From positions 13,617 to 77,616 of the IMG/VR virus record IMGVR_UViG_3300029455_000002: a stretch of 64,000 bases of DNA, one strand, 5' to 3'. A program made the position numbers and the translations under genes. This stretch comes from a virus. Shown here one piece after another: positions 44,901 to 55,082 of the stretch; within the stretch, counting starts at the first letter, position 1; each line of letters opens with the position of its first letter. Below the pieces are notes generated by a model. That model was given only the letters and a program-made list of their open reading frames with translations. It ran no database searches and was not told the DNA's origin.

Positions 44901-46917
44901 GAGTCTGCTTGACGATAAGCAAATAGAAGCGTTGGGATATGCACTTGGAACTTTTCTTGCGGTAAAAGGCGCGATTAAATTTTCTAAAAAAATAATCGGC
45001 GTAGTTAGTTCTATCAGGTCACTCAAAATAATCTTTGGCGGACTGGGCACAGTTCTTTCTACAGCTGGCGGGGCATTGAAAACCTTCTTCGGTTCTGGAC
45101 TCGGTTCTACACTTGCGGCAGGCTTTGCTGATTCCATGGCAGTCTTAGCAGCTGCAATGGCAGGATTCAACCTTGGCAAATGGATAAGCGTCCATCTGTT
45201 CGGCGGCGAAGATAAAACCTTTGGGGAATTTTTGGAAGATAATGTGTTCGGATATCAAAAAGGTGATTTCACCGGTGCTATGAACGAATGGCTAAAGGAT
45301 ATTTTTGGAGTCGGAAATAAGCTTACAGAGGATGACTTAAAGGTGTTCCAGGAATATGAAGATGCTATTCTTAGTCTGGTTCGCGCCACTCAACTTTCCG
45401 GAACAGATGCGTATTCCCTATTAGATTATTTAGACACGTTGAAAGACAACGGATATAGTACAGAGCAAGCACTATTTGAACTTGAACTTAAACTCAATAA
45501 TCTTGGGGTTTCATCCGAAACTTTTGAAAATGCGATAGCAGGAGTAAATGAACCAGTCAAAGACCTTGGAGACACAGCAGAAACATCCTCTAATCAGTTT
45601 TCAAAAATGGCGGAGCGAATCAACAATGTTTCGTTTGAGGATATCTCAGAACAGCTTACGGGATTCCAGAACCTTATTCAAACTGTTGACTTTGCGACTC
45701 TGGTAACAGATACAGCAAATGCAATAGACCAGATGGGCGGCATATGGGAAAACGGAAAGCAGATTCTTGGTGAAAAAGCATTACAGATTTATCAGGAAAT
45801 TGCAAAGGGATTAGAACCGGACGATAACGGTTACTATACTTTAGCAAACGGACAGATGGTGCAGTTTGGAAAAGGTATTTCTGACTATGAAAGCACTCTG
45901 CAAAGTACAATGGATTCAACTCTGCAGGGGGCAATCAACGGCGTTCTGGATAATAATTCTGGATTTGAATTAGTTACAGAACTCGGAAAGAATCAGATTC
46001 TTGCCGTAGGTAGCGGGATTGAGCAGAATGGCAGTAAAGTTACTGATAAACTCAACTCTACAATTCAATCATCTGCAAAAGGCGCAGAAGAAACCGCAAA
46101 ATCAAGCGGTAAAACCCTTGGAAGTAACATTGCAGATGGATTACAGTCTGGAATTGATGGAAAGAAAGAATCCACAAAGAACTCGATTCTTGACTTAATG
46201 AACAACAGTGTAAAATCCCCTGCGCAGGAAGCGGTAGAGTCTCACTCTCCGTCCAAGTGGTTTGAACGGCTTGCGGGATACTGCGGTCAAGGCTTTGACA
46301 ATGGGTTGGAACCGGGATTCTCTTCAACGTTCACATGGTTTAGTGGATTTAAAAATAGAATCAGCAATTGCATCGGAAGCCTTTACACCATTGGCTCAAA
46401 TGTAATATCCGGATTAATCAATGGAATAAACAGCATGGCCAGCAGCTTATGGACTACGGTTAGCAATATTGCGTCTGGCGTGACAAGTAGAATCCGAAGT
46501 GTTCTTAAAATCAATAGCCCATCAAGAGTAATGATGGAACTCGGTGGATTCACAGTTGAGGGATTCCAAATCGGTATGCAGAATATGCTTCCAAAAGTCG
46601 AATCAACCATCAATGATATAAGCGCAGAAGTGCAAAAGATTAACACACCATCCGCAGACATTATCACAAGGAGTACATCATATCAGGAAGTAAAAAGCAG
46701 AATGTCTGTCGATACAGATGATTTTGTGGATGATATTCGAAAAGAAATCATGGCAATCAGCAGTAACACGTTTGACAATAATCAGATGATCGGGCAGGCG
46801 GTCAAAAACGCCCTGAACGGTATGGCAATCTATGCGGATGGACATCTGATCGGATATCTGAAAGAAGAAAATCAGCAGTTCAGAAATCGTAATGGATACG
46901 GAATATTTGAAGGGTAG
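41950..46917 (+). CDS. tape measure protein
   Basis: 1655 aa; Ala/Gly/Ser-rich helical repeats and hydrophobic segments; position. Confidence 0.9.
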   Translation: MPDNTIDSLAIEVSSNVSNASKSIDDLCNKLNRLSSRMSESIKHLRDFSASVGTVNSAVQALKLDRLDLSTINSQLQQFVQSMSALGSLNLRNNGLNSFVNATRRLNETLNSTNNVSGKIQNMISELSGLSNIPDVSNNVNRFVSSLARLANSSGSIDIVISKLPKLGRGLRKITSQIGNVSQPINTFVQSISRLANAGDKTGKTAEHLEDLADSLKSFFQTMSTAPEISRNTIQMTQAIAQLSNAGGNAGRAARSTSNVFSRLGQGAAGAVRKVNSLGSAIGNVGTNAKRSAPSITSLVAKFWALKTAATKFTGAIESSMNFLEDYNYFQAAFRQVADKVGKTWSEAGYDSAEAYADSFSQRARELTSKMSGFDVSDNAILTANKTGKSLGMNPSMLLNYQGQFAQLSSSMGTTSEQALKLSNALTMIGADLASVKNLDFSTVYENLSSGLVGMSRAVDKYGANIRVANLQQYASNLGLQTAVSKMDQASKAMLRTIVILDSTRYAWADMANTINMPANQLRILRANLVSCARALGNIFMPVIAAVLPYINGLVIAFQRLLTYIGSLLGVDTKIGKMFGSIGGGSENLSNALDSIDDSGISDVDSSAKDTSNSLKDATKNAKKLKQFLASYDELEVMNKDDSSLSDLANSKIKTPALDTSALDAGILNDALDKLLNEYQKKWDAAYNSMENKAMAFANKVTDAFKKLAKAAEPTTKALKNLWNNGLKQLRDFTWTALKDFWEHFLKPLGKWTLGEKGLPRLINAFNDFLVKINWDKINASLVQLWDVLEPFAENVGTGLLDFFDDFFDKAADGVNKLPDLIDKFKEFIASFSPEQAQSIGYFLGQLLTAFVAFKGLTWFGGIFGKDGAIGKGIAMLAAHPYASIATGLGLTVAALDKFGVIDVDWEWLWDKISQLKDTVSNFINNVDWSFLVKTIGDVWDVFQPFAQGFGDAFVDFFDVMVNVIGAPLINSLAVALEALAKVLSLLDDKQIEALGYALGTFLAVKGAIKFSKKIIGVVSSIRSLKIIFGGLGTVLSTAGGALKTFFGSGLGSTLAAGFADSMAVLAAAMAGFNLGKWISVHLFGGEDKTFGEFLEDNVFGYQKGDFTGAMNEWLKDIFGVGNKLTEDDLKVFQEYEDAILSLVRATQLSGTDAYSLLDYLDTLKDNGYSTEQALFELELKLNNLGVSSETFENAIAGVNEPVKDLGDTAETSSNQFSKMAERINNVSFEDISEQLTGFQNLIQTVDFATLVTDTANAIDQMGGIWENGKQILGEKALQIYQEIAKGLEPDDNGYYTLANGQMVQFGKGISDYESTLQSTMDSTLQGAINGVLDNNSGFELVTELGKNQILAVGSGIEQNGSKVTDKLNSTIQSSAKGAEETAKSSGKTLGSNIADGLQSGIDGKKESTKNSILDLMNNSVKSPAQEAVESHSPSKWFERLAGYCGQGFDNGLEPGFSSTFTWFSGFKNRISNCIGSLYTIGSNVISGLINGINSMASSLWTTVSNIASGVTSRIRSVLKINSPSRVMMELGGFTVEGFQIGMQNMLPKVESTINDISAEVQKINTPSADIITRSTSYQEVKSRMSVDTDDFVDDIRKEIMAISSNTFDNNQMIGQAVKNALNGMAIYADGHLIGYLKEENQQFRNRNGYGIFEG

Positions 46918-46925
46918 GTGATAGA

Positions 46926-47351
46926 ATGAGCGACTTTATCTCAGGAAGTAGTTTCCAAGGTTGGCTTTTAAAGTTCGGGGGAAGCGTTCTCCCGAACAAA
47001 TTCTTAGCCTATGACGATTACTCCTCAACTCCGAATCAGCGAACAGAGCTAGAAGCGTACAGAGACTTAAACAATCTCTTGCACAGGGACACAAGTCCGA
47101 ATTTTAAGACGAAAATAGACTTCAACACGCGACCGATGTGGTTGCCGGACAAAATAGAAATGCAGTCTGTTTTCAAATCAGGCTTAGTCAATAAGACACA
47201 GCGGAAGTACAAGGTCACATACTGGGACGACGAGGAAAACACCTACAAAACAGGTGTTTTTTATATGCCTGATGTTGAGTACAAGCCTATCAGAGTTGTA
47301 GGAAATAACATTTTATATAACAAAATCAGAATTGCACTGATCGAGTATTAA
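46926..47351 (+). CDS. distal tail-like protein
   Basis: Immediately downstream of the tape measure gene; 141 aa. Confidence 0.45.
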   Translation: MSDFISGSSFQGWLLKFGGSVLPNKFLAYDDYSSTPNQRTELEAYRDLNNLLHRDTSPNFKTKIDFNTRPMWLPDKIEMQSVFKSGLVNKTQRKYKVTYWDDEENTYKTGVFYMPDVEYKPIRVVGNNILYNKIRIALIEY

Positions 47352-47414
47352 ACCAGAGTGCATGGGTGTCACAGCTCATGTGCTCTTTTATTTTAGATAA
47401 ACGGGAGGATGATT

Positions 47415-50400
47415 ATGGCAGATACAGTATCTTTTGACAGCTTATTGAATACAACGACCGGGATGACTGCTATTGTTAGCAATACGAAACATGATGATGA
47501 TGTAATTAACGTTACAGGCGTTGATTGGTTTACCTACGCAGGAAAGACCGCCAGTACCATATATGTTTCTGGTAACAATTTCATCGGATTCGGGCAAAAC
47601 GCCGAACAACTCAAAATCTGGCGTAGGGATGGTGCGATTTATTATGTTTACCGTCAAGAGGGGACACTCACATCAGGAAAAAGATTCCTCAAAATCAGAG
47701 TTGAAGGATATGTATATTATTCAAGTACATCCTCATCATATGCGCTGAAATACGAAGTATTCTTGATAGAGGGACAGACATTATTTATCAATGTCGTTCA
47801 GAGACCTACAAGCAATTCATACACCGGTACATCATCAATCACTGACGGTAAAACTACAGCAAACCTGAATATTTCTGTATCTTCTGCGGTTCCGATTTCG
47901 ATTCTGGTAAAGAATGCGGGCGTATCTCAGGAGATTTCTTATGAAAAATATTCTGATTTGACAATCGCTAGCATAATTGTTTCGAAAATGCCAAACAAAA
48001 CCACATATTATCAGAATGAATTATTTGATAGCACCGGGCTTGAAATAACAGGAACCTTAACTACAGGAGAAACAGTCAACGTCACCGATTATGAATTATC
48101 TGGATATGACAGTAGTTCCCCAGGAACCAAAACAATAACTGTAACTTCTGGGGATGCTTCGGCTACGTTTGAAGTTACGGTTTTAACAGAGTCATTGACG
48201 GGAATCTCAATAACTACTTTACCCTCGAAAACAGAGTACCACATCAACGGAGAGTTTAATCCATCTGGAATATCAGTATCCGCCAGCACAAGTGATGGAA
48301 ATACAGTTACATTAAATTCTGATCAATTGATATACTCTGGTTTTGATAGTAGTTCGCCAGGAAGCAAAACAATTACAGTATCATATAACGGAATGACTTC
48401 CTCTTTTGATATAACGATTATGGTTCCTACAAGTATACAGGCACAAGGGTACTCCGGAACTGCATATTTCATTGGTGACGCAAGCAACGTTAGCGTTTCT
48501 TATATTAATGCGACATATAGTGATGGAATTACAGATTCTCACATAAATAGCGGATATACAGTCACACAAGTGGACACATCTACTACAGGGCAAAAAAATG
48601 CCATCGTTGATTATTTTGGAGTTACTACGGAAATTTTAGTCAATGTGTTGGATTCGTATAATGCGCAGGCAGGAACTCCTAATTTAGAGGATGTGACAAT
48701 TTCTTTTAATCTCAATACGGGGATTATGGATATAACAGGAACCGGAGAATTTTTGCCATATTATAGGCTTGAAAATGTGCCGTCCAGCTTAAACCAAAAA
48801 ATAAAAATATTAAATATCGGAAATGGAATTACAAAAATACCGGATGGTGCCTTTTATAGCAGCAACAATCTTGAGTCTATTTCGTTTTCAAATACATTGA
48901 CTGAGATTGGGAATGGCAATTTCACCGGCAATAGCATAATAACAACACTTGATTTCCCGGAATCATTGAAAACAATTGGAAGCTCTTCTTTTTCTGGACT
49001 CTCGAATTTACAGGAAATAACTTTCCGCGAGGGACTTGAAACGATAAAAGGACAAGCTTTTAATGACTGTCCGCTTGTCAAAAATTTAGTTCTTCCATCA
49101 ACACTTACAAACATGACGTTTAGCTTTTATAATTCCGTGCTTGAAAGTCTTGTAATGGGAGGTGAAAATGTTGGTTTCACGCAAGGTGGAAGTGGAATAG
49201 GCGGAATGTCAGCGAAAAATATGACCATCCGCGGCGGAACTATAAATGCCGGCGCGTTTTCTGGATATACCAATATCGAAAATGTAATTTTAGACGGAAG
49301 CGTAAAATGGAACAGAGGCGGTCAGTTTCAAAGATGTACGAAAATGGCAAGTGTTTCTATAGGTGACGGAATTGCATCTATTCCCGGAAATTGCTTTTCT
49401 GACTGCTCATCACTTAATAACGTAATTCTTCCAGACAGCATTGAAGCATTAGGAGAATCGGCATTTTCCGGCTGTTCTTCTCTGGATTCGATTACATTAT
49501 CCAAGAATATAAAGAAAATCCCAAACAATTGCTTTTCCGGTTGCGGATTTGAAACATTTACAATTCCAGACGATTTGTTAATAGAAGAACTTGAAAATGT
49601 AATATTTAACGGATGTTCAAAACTAAAAACTGTGTATATTGGGAAGAATGTTAAAACAATTGGAGGCGGCGGATTTTCTGGCACAAGCGGTGTTAATATC
49701 AGAATTAATAAAGTAAAAAACACTATTTCTGGTTCACCGTGGGCAGCTACAAATGCAACTGTAGACTGGCTTATTAAGGCAACGAAAATCGAAATAATTT
49801 CGTTACCATCAAAGCTTAAATATAAAAAAGATGAATACTTTAATGGCTCTGGATTAGTTGTAAAAGCTGCATACAATAATGGAACATCAGCAGAAATTTC
49901 AGACTATACGATTTCCTATCCAGACATGTCAAGCGCAGGGACAAAAACCGTAACAATCACTTACGATGAGCAAACCGCTACGTTTGATATTGAGGTTATT
50001 GCAATATCAAAGATAGAGATTACAACTCTTCCAAATAAATTGGAATACCGCAAGAATGAGACTTTAGATACGACAGGATTAGCTGTTTCAACGGTCTGGA
50101 CAGATGGTTCGAAAGAAACGCTGGCAGACGGATATACGGTATCAGATTTAGATAGCGCTGAAACAGGTGAAAAGACTATTACGGTTACATATCAAGATTT
50201 TACAACAACGTTTACTGTCGAAGTGGTTGCGGACGCTTCCGGAATCAGAATTTCTCATTATCCAATCAAAATTTATTATAAAATCGGAGAATCGTTTGAT
50301 TCAACCGGATTAGTTGTAGTTGTGGTTAGGCAAGACGGAACAGAGAAAGAAATCACAGATTACACTGTTTCTGGTTTTGACAGTTCTAAAGCCGGAACAA

Positions 50401-51983
50401 AAACCATCACAGTGTCTTATCAAACCGAAATTGATGGAATAGAAACATTCATTGGATATGATGAATTTGAAATCAAAGTAACCAAGGATGGGACGAATCC
50501 ATTCGAAGATAATACCGACCCAATCAACGTAAAAGTGCATTGGATAAATGGTGAATTTGAGGACTTGACAAATGAACATATCCAGTCCAATTCCTTGTCA
50601 TTACAGGAGTCATTATGCAATAAAGCATACTTCATTTTTGGTGGCTGCATCTCGAACCAAATCACGTTTAAATGTTATCATCCGCAGTTTGTCGGGACAG
50701 ACGAAACCACTTATCCGTCTGGAAAAATCGAGGTTTATCTTGAATGCAAAGGCACAGAAATCAAGATTTTTACGGGCGAAATTGCGACAGGAGAGCGTGA
50801 TGCAAACTCATTTGTTCGTACCATTGTGGCATATGATTATCTGTACAAATTACGCAATACTGACATTGCATGGTGGTATAAAAACAACACAAAAGACAAG
50901 CAAATGGTGTTCACGCAGAAGCAGTTCAGAGATGCTTTGTTTAAGTATCTTGGCATTGAACAAGTCGATGTAAAACTCAAATATGACAGTGCATATGTAC
51001 CGAATACCGCCAACTCTTCTGAAATGAATGTGGCAAATATACTGGAAGATTTATGTCTGCAAAACAATGTTTTTGGGTGGATGAACCGGGATGGAAAATT
51101 TGAGTATAAAAAGCTTAAAAAGAACTGCAAGCACCGTGGAACAACGGTTTCCGGTGTTGAAACATTTGATTTTTACGAATCTGCTGTACACCTTGACAGA
51201 TTCAAAAGTTTCAAGGCAACCGAGGGTAGAGTGTGGTATTTTAACTATGTTTACACCGACCCAGACCCGTCCGGTGAAGTATTTACATCCGGCGAGCCGA
51301 CTGCACAAGACGCATACGAAAGGAATGTTTTCTACAACCGAAATAGCTTTTTTGTAGGCAACCAAGACTGGCTGAATTATGCTTACGATGCGAATGAGTA
51401 CGGGGATTACACCCGGACAAAACCGAAGTATGCAATCTGTTACGGAACGGTTGCAGAGGACATTATCAAAAAGCAGTATTATCGGGCACAGGGATACTCT
51501 GTGGAAGTACAAGGGAATCCGTTCAATATGGTTGGCCAAACCGTGGAAATGACGCATTCCAAGCTTTCTGAGGACGGTTCTGCAATACAGTGGGTGATTC
51601 ACAGTTATATTATGAGCAGGACGCTGAAATTAGGCATTACAGGGCTTATTGACACATACACTGCCAATAATTCCCCGTACAATGGAAACAATCAGCAGTT
51701 AGGCAAGAACACACCGGAAATCACATCTACGATCAACAGAACAAGGTCTGAAATGCCGACCATTAGTTATGCGGAATTTACGGACGGTTCAGGTTCCGAA
51801 TTTTCTCCGGCAACGATTGATGATTTTACGGACGGCTCTGGTGGTTCTGGAAGTACTTCTGACCAATTAAAAAAGGCACGATTAAGATGTGTGAAACGAA
51901 TAAAGAAAGCTGATTATGACGCTCTGGTAGCCGCAGGAACTGACCGGGCAGATACACTTTATTTCACATTCGAGGAGGACTGA
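47415..51983 (+). CDS. large tail tip protein with Ig-like repeats and BspA-type leucine-rich repeats
   Basis: At least six ~75-aa repeats ending ...GTKTITVTY...F.V.V; LRR block IPDGAFYSSNNLESISF...; C-terminal tail-protein-like half. Confidence 0.8.
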   Translation: MADTVSFDSLLNTTTGMTAIVSNTKHDDDVINVTGVDWFTYAGKTASTIYVSGNNFIGFGQNAEQLKIWRRDGAIYYVYRQEGTLTSGKRFLKIRVEGYVYYSSTSSSYALKYEVFLIEGQTLFINVVQRPTSNSYTGTSSITDGKTTANLNISVSSAVPISILVKNAGVSQEISYEKYSDLTIASIIVSKMPNKTTYYQNELFDSTGLEITGTLTTGETVNVTDYELSGYDSSSPGTKTITVTSGDASATFEVTVLTESLTGISITTLPSKTEYHINGEFNPSGISVSASTSDGNTVTLNSDQLIYSGFDSSSPGSKTITVSYNGMTSSFDITIMVPTSIQAQGYSGTAYFIGDASNVSVSYINATYSDGITDSHINSGYTVTQVDTSTTGQKNAIVDYFGVTTEILVNVLDSYNAQAGTPNLEDVTISFNLNTGIMDITGTGEFLPYYRLENVPSSLNQKIKILNIGNGITKIPDGAFYSSNNLESISFSNTLTEIGNGNFTGNSIITTLDFPESLKTIGSSSFSGLSNLQEITFREGLETIKGQAFNDCPLVKNLVLPSTLTNMTFSFYNSVLESLVMGGENVGFTQGGSGIGGMSAKNMTIRGGTINAGAFSGYTNIENVILDGSVKWNRGGQFQRCTKMASVSIGDGIASIPGNCFSDCSSLNNVILPDSIEALGESAFSGCSSLDSITLSKNIKKIPNNCFSGCGFETFTIPDDLLIEELENVIFNGCSKLKTVYIGKNVKTIGGGGFSGTSGVNIRINKVKNTISGSPWAATNATVDWLIKATKIEIISLPSKLKYKKDEYFNGSGLVVKAAYNNGTSAEISDYTISYPDMSSAGTKTVTITYDEQTATFDIEVIAISKIEITTLPNKLEYRKNETLDTTGLAVSTVWTDGSKETLADGYTVSDLDSAETGEKTITVTYQDFTTTFTVEVVADASGIRISHYPIKIYYKIGESFDSTGLVVVVVRQDGTEKEITDYTVSGFDSSKAGTKTITVSYQTEIDGIETFIGYDEFEIKVTKDGTNPFEDNTDPINVKVHWINGEFEDLTNEHIQSNSLSLQESLCNKAYFIFGGCISNQITFKCYHPQFVGTDETTYPSGKIEVYLECKGTEIKIFTGEIATGERDANSFVRTIVAYDYLYKLRNTDIAWWYKNNTKDKQMVFTQKQFRDALFKYLGIEQVDVKLKYDSAYVPNTANSSEMNVANILEDLCLQNNVFGWMNRDGKFEYKKLKKNCKHRGTTVSGVETFDFYESAVHLDRFKSFKATEGRVWYFNYVYTDPDPSGEVFTSGEPTAQDAYERNVFYNRNSFFVGNQDWLNYAYDANEYGDYTRTKPKYAICYGTVAEDIIKKQYYRAQGYSVEVQGNPFNMVGQTVEMTHSKLSEDGSAIQWVIHSYIMSRTLKLGITGLIDTYTANNSPYNGNNQQLGKNTPEITSTINRTRSEMPTISYAEFTDGSGSEFSPATIDDFTDGSGGSGSTSDQLKKARLRCVKRIKKADYDALVAAGTDRADTLYFTFEED

Positions 51984-51987
51984 TTGG

Positions 51988-52584
51988 ATGATATATAAGG
52001 CATTTTTGAATAGACAGGAAATCACTGGATTTCCTGTCAAAGGTAAGGATGTGAGCAAGATTTTTGGGGGGAATATTTTACTGTGGGAGAAATCAGAAAA
52101 ATTACCTATGAAAGAAATTTGTTGTGCGACAGGAAAAACTTATTGGAGTCCGGATGTAACCAAGCCTTACACTAGGTATGATATAGTTGAGTATTCAGTC
52201 CGAAATCAAACAGAAGACGGAAAAAAATATTTAACTCAAAATACAAAAGCTGGTATTTTTCTTGAATATAAGCACAAAACAGGGCAATCGTATTCGTGTC
52301 GAGCATATATTATGTATGATGGTGTTGTAATGCCAAACGGAGGTTCCATCATGAATGTTAAATATAGCTCAAAAAGATATGACATGGAGGGAAACCTTTT
52401 GAGTCAGCGTGAAGAATGGGATTTTAGTACATTGGTTGATAAAAACAAGCCTGGAATATATCAAGTTGGGTTTGGCGAAGGAGTATCTCTCGGCCTTAAT
52501 GCGTATCCAATCGAAGGAAGCGCCACTGGTTGCGTAATGTTCAAAACGCTCGATGAGTTAAAAGCATATATGGGTGTTTCTTGA
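51988..52584 (+). CDS. hypothetical tail-associated protein
   Basis: GAGGAGG RBS; 198 aa. Confidence 0.55.
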   Translation: MIYKAFLNRQEITGFPVKGKDVSKIFGGNILLWEKSEKLPMKEICCATGKTYWSPDVTKPYTRYDIVEYSVRNQTEDGKKYLTQNTKAGIFLEYKHKTGQSYSCRAYIMYDGVVMPNGGSIMNVKYSSKRYDMEGNLLSQREEWDFSTLVDKNKPGIYQVGFGEGVSLGLNAYPIEGSATGCVMFKTLDELKAYMGVS

Positions 52585-52608
52585 TACAAATGTTTTCCCT
52601 AGCTTTTT

Positions 52609-52732
52609 GCTTATTTTAGCACTAATTTGCCAAATAAGAACACCAAAACCGCAAATAAGAACCCCAAAATCTCAAATAAGAGCGCATTTTCCATAAAAAT
52701 CGAAATAAGCCCTTATTCACCCAAATAACCTC
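52609..52732. repeat. CAAATAAGA-type iterons at ~21-nt phasing
   Basis: Direct copies at 52631, 52652, 52673, 52702 and 52722; inverted copy at 52609-52617; AATAAG CC CTTATT palindrome at 52704-52717. Confidence 0.7.
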
Positions 52733-52904
52733 AAATTCTCAGTCCTGACCGTACTAAAATGTGAATACATTAAAAATAAAAAATGAATAATTTGTAAACG
52801 TAAATTTTGCTTGTTTTCAGAATAAATCAATCATCTTAGAAATTATTGAAAATCAGATGAAAGTTTTCTGTCAACAAGCAATTTTCGTTTACATAATATC
52901 TCAA

Positions 52905-53031
52905 TGTAACGTTACAATAACGTTACCAGTAACGCAATGTAACGCAATAGAATAAGAATAAGAAATAGAATAAGAATATAATTAATATATATACAAGATA
53001 TATATTAATCGTCAAATTAGGCTAATTTGAC
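52905..53031. repeat. cluster of palindromes and tandem repeats in AT-rich non-coding DNA
   Basis: TGTAACGTTACA; GTAACGCAAT x2; AGAATA-type run; 11-bp inverted repeat TTAATATATAT/ATATATATTAA; 9-bp inverted repeat GTCAAATTA/TAATTTGAC. Confidence 0.75.
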
Positions 53032-53209
53032 CCTGACATTCTTAATTCATTTCAGCCCGAATCGAACCATTTTTATTAACGACCTCGTATTTGGCTCATA
53101 TAACGATTTTACGTGCGATTCGATAAAATCCTTGAATAACATATAAAAATTGATTATAAGGGCAGATACGGAGCTTACAAGGCATATTTAACAGAAAGGA
53201 ACAACGTGC

Positions 53210-53497
53210 ATGAATAAATATGGCAGGAACATCCCAGAACCAGGAACAATCGTAAGGCATTTCAAACGGGAAACAATCAGGAATCCGGGAATAAATGACT
53301 ATCTGTATGAAATTGTTGGATTGGCTGAACATACGGAAAGTAAAGAAAACATGATGATTTACAGGGCGTTGTACGGAAGTGGGAAATTATACGCCAGACC
53401 GCTTGATATGTTCATGAGTGAAGTTGATCACAATAAATATCCGAGCATTCAGCAAAAATACAGATTCGAAAACAATGAAAGGAGCAACGTGATATGA
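53210..53497 (+). CDS. DUF1653-like protein
   Basis: VRHFKRE...YLYEIVGLAEHTESKENMMIYRALYG...YARPLDMF. Confidence 0.55.
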   Translation: MNKYGRNIPEPGTIVRHFKRETIRNPGINDYLYEIVGLAEHTESKENMMIYRALYGSGKLYARPLDMFMSEVDHNKYPSIQQKYRFENNERSNVI

Positions 53498-54966
53498 CAA
53501 ACGAACAGAAAACAGTTCTCAGAAAGATTATTTATGCAGTCGAAACCGGCGGACAGGTTTATGGACAGCAGGATTATTCGGACTTCACAGAAGCCTACAC
53601 CAACTCTTCTGAAGAACACGCAATTACAATCGGGGCCGGGCAGTGGTACGCAACCGAAGCACAAACGCTTTTGAAACGGATTCATGACGCTGACCCGGAA
53701 GCATGGGACCGGTTAGATAATATCGGATTATGGGAACAGGTGCAGAACGAAGATTGGAGTTGCTACAACATTTCTTCTAAAAGTCAGTTTGCCAAGCTTA
53801 TAGTACGGCTTATATCGTCCAAAACGGGTATTAAATGCCAAGATAGCCTTATGGATGAACAATTAGCCGCCTATGCAGATGAAGCCTTTAAAAGGGGCGT
53901 TACGGACGCTAGAGGGCAAGCTATGTGTGTGAATTTTAGACACCAAGGTGGACTAGGGGCAGTAACGAGGATTCTGGCAAAGACTCAGAAACCATATACA
54001 CTCGACAATCTCTATGCAGCCTGCCAGACCGATACAGGGAACCAGGTCGGGGCATATAAGAGCCGGCAGAGATTTGTTTATAATGCACTAAAAACACATT
54101 TTCCAGAAAGCGAGGTACAACAAATGGCAACAGTAAAAATTAGTAATTGCGGGCATGACGAGAACGGCAGATATGCAGGTGGAAAAGCCGGCGATCAGAC
54201 CGGAACAGAATATCAGATTATGAATTGGTACAGCAGACCATGGCTCTGCGTTCTGAGATTTGAAGATAAAACAATTGCCGATATGATTGCCGATATGGCA
54301 ACAAAAGCAGCTCAAAACAACCATATTGGTTACGATATGGGAACCGTGGGAAATAATAATGATAGATACACATTTTGGCAACAGCTTAAAGCCAATGGAT
54401 ATGACCCTGCTAAAATAAAAAAGGATTGTGAGAGTGATTGCAGCGCCAGTACAGCAGCTATCATAAAAGGTGCAGGATACCGTCTGGACAATGCAAAGTT
54501 GAAAGCAGTTAGCATTTATTTGACTACTTACGATATGCGTCAGGCGTTAAAAGAGACAGGTGCAAAAGTCTTGACAGACCCAAAATATTTGAAATCTGGT
54601 GACTACATTAAGGCAGGAGATGTTCTCCTGAATGACGATCATCATGTGGCAATTGCAATTACCAGTGGTTCATTATCTGGAGGCACTGCGACACCAAACC
54701 AAAACTCAAAAATGAACACCAGAGCCTACATTGCGCAGATTAAAAAAGACACAAAATGTTATACAAAATCTAATAAAAAAAGCCCATCTAAACTGTTTCC
54801 AAAGCTGAAAAAAGGTGCAGTTGTGGAAGTTATGAAGTATGTGGAGACAGATAGTGCAGGGTTAAGATGGTACTTTGTCAGAATCCCTTATCCGAATGAC
54901 GAGGGATTTGTGTTTGAATTTATTCCGAAAGGAACATTTAAAAGAATCACAGAAATGGCCAAATGA
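53494..54966 (+). CDS. multidomain endolysin
   Basis: Central SNCGHDENGRYAGGKAGDQTG...DCS hydrolase-type region; C-terminal SH3b-like segment; last gene of the late operon. Confidence 0.7.
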   Translation: MTNEQKTVLRKIIYAVETGGQVYGQQDYSDFTEAYTNSSEEHAITIGAGQWYATEAQTLLKRIHDADPEAWDRLDNIGLWEQVQNEDWSCYNISSKSQFAKLIVRLISSKTGIKCQDSLMDEQLAAYADEAFKRGVTDARGQAMCVNFRHQGGLGAVTRILAKTQKPYTLDNLYAACQTDTGNQVGAYKSRQRFVYNALKTHFPESEVQQMATVKISNCGHDENGRYAGGKAGDQTGTEYQIMNWYSRPWLCVLRFEDKTIADMIADMATKAAQNNHIGYDMGTVGNNNDRYTFWQQLKANGYDPAKIKKDCESDCSASTAAIIKGAGYRLDNAKLKAVSIYLTTYDMRQALKETGAKVLTDPKYLKSGDYIKAGDVLLNDDHHVAIAITSGSLSGGTATPNQNSKMNTRAYIAQIKKDTKCYTKSNKKSPSKLFPKLKKGAVVEVMKYVETDSAGLRWYFVRIPYPNDEGFVFEFIPKGTFKRITEMAK

Positions 54967-55082
54967 CGCTTGTAATATAACAGGCAAAATGATATAATAA
55001 TTTTGTTCCATACATTCACCCTTTGTGAGCAGAAACCGCCAGTAAGCCCGGTTAATTCCCTCCGGACGCTGGCGGTTTTTAT

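Noticed and set aside
42672-46667. Many 66-225-aa minus-strand ORFs antisense to the tape measure gene
   Set aside because: These are typical shadow ORFs of a long, biased-composition gene. They have no RBS and no independent support.
47442-51602. ORFs antisense to, or out of frame within, the 1523-aa tail protein gene (for example 49328..49876(-), 51051..51602(-), 50572..50973(+))
   Set aside because: These are shadow ORFs inside a continuous, domain-rich coding frame.
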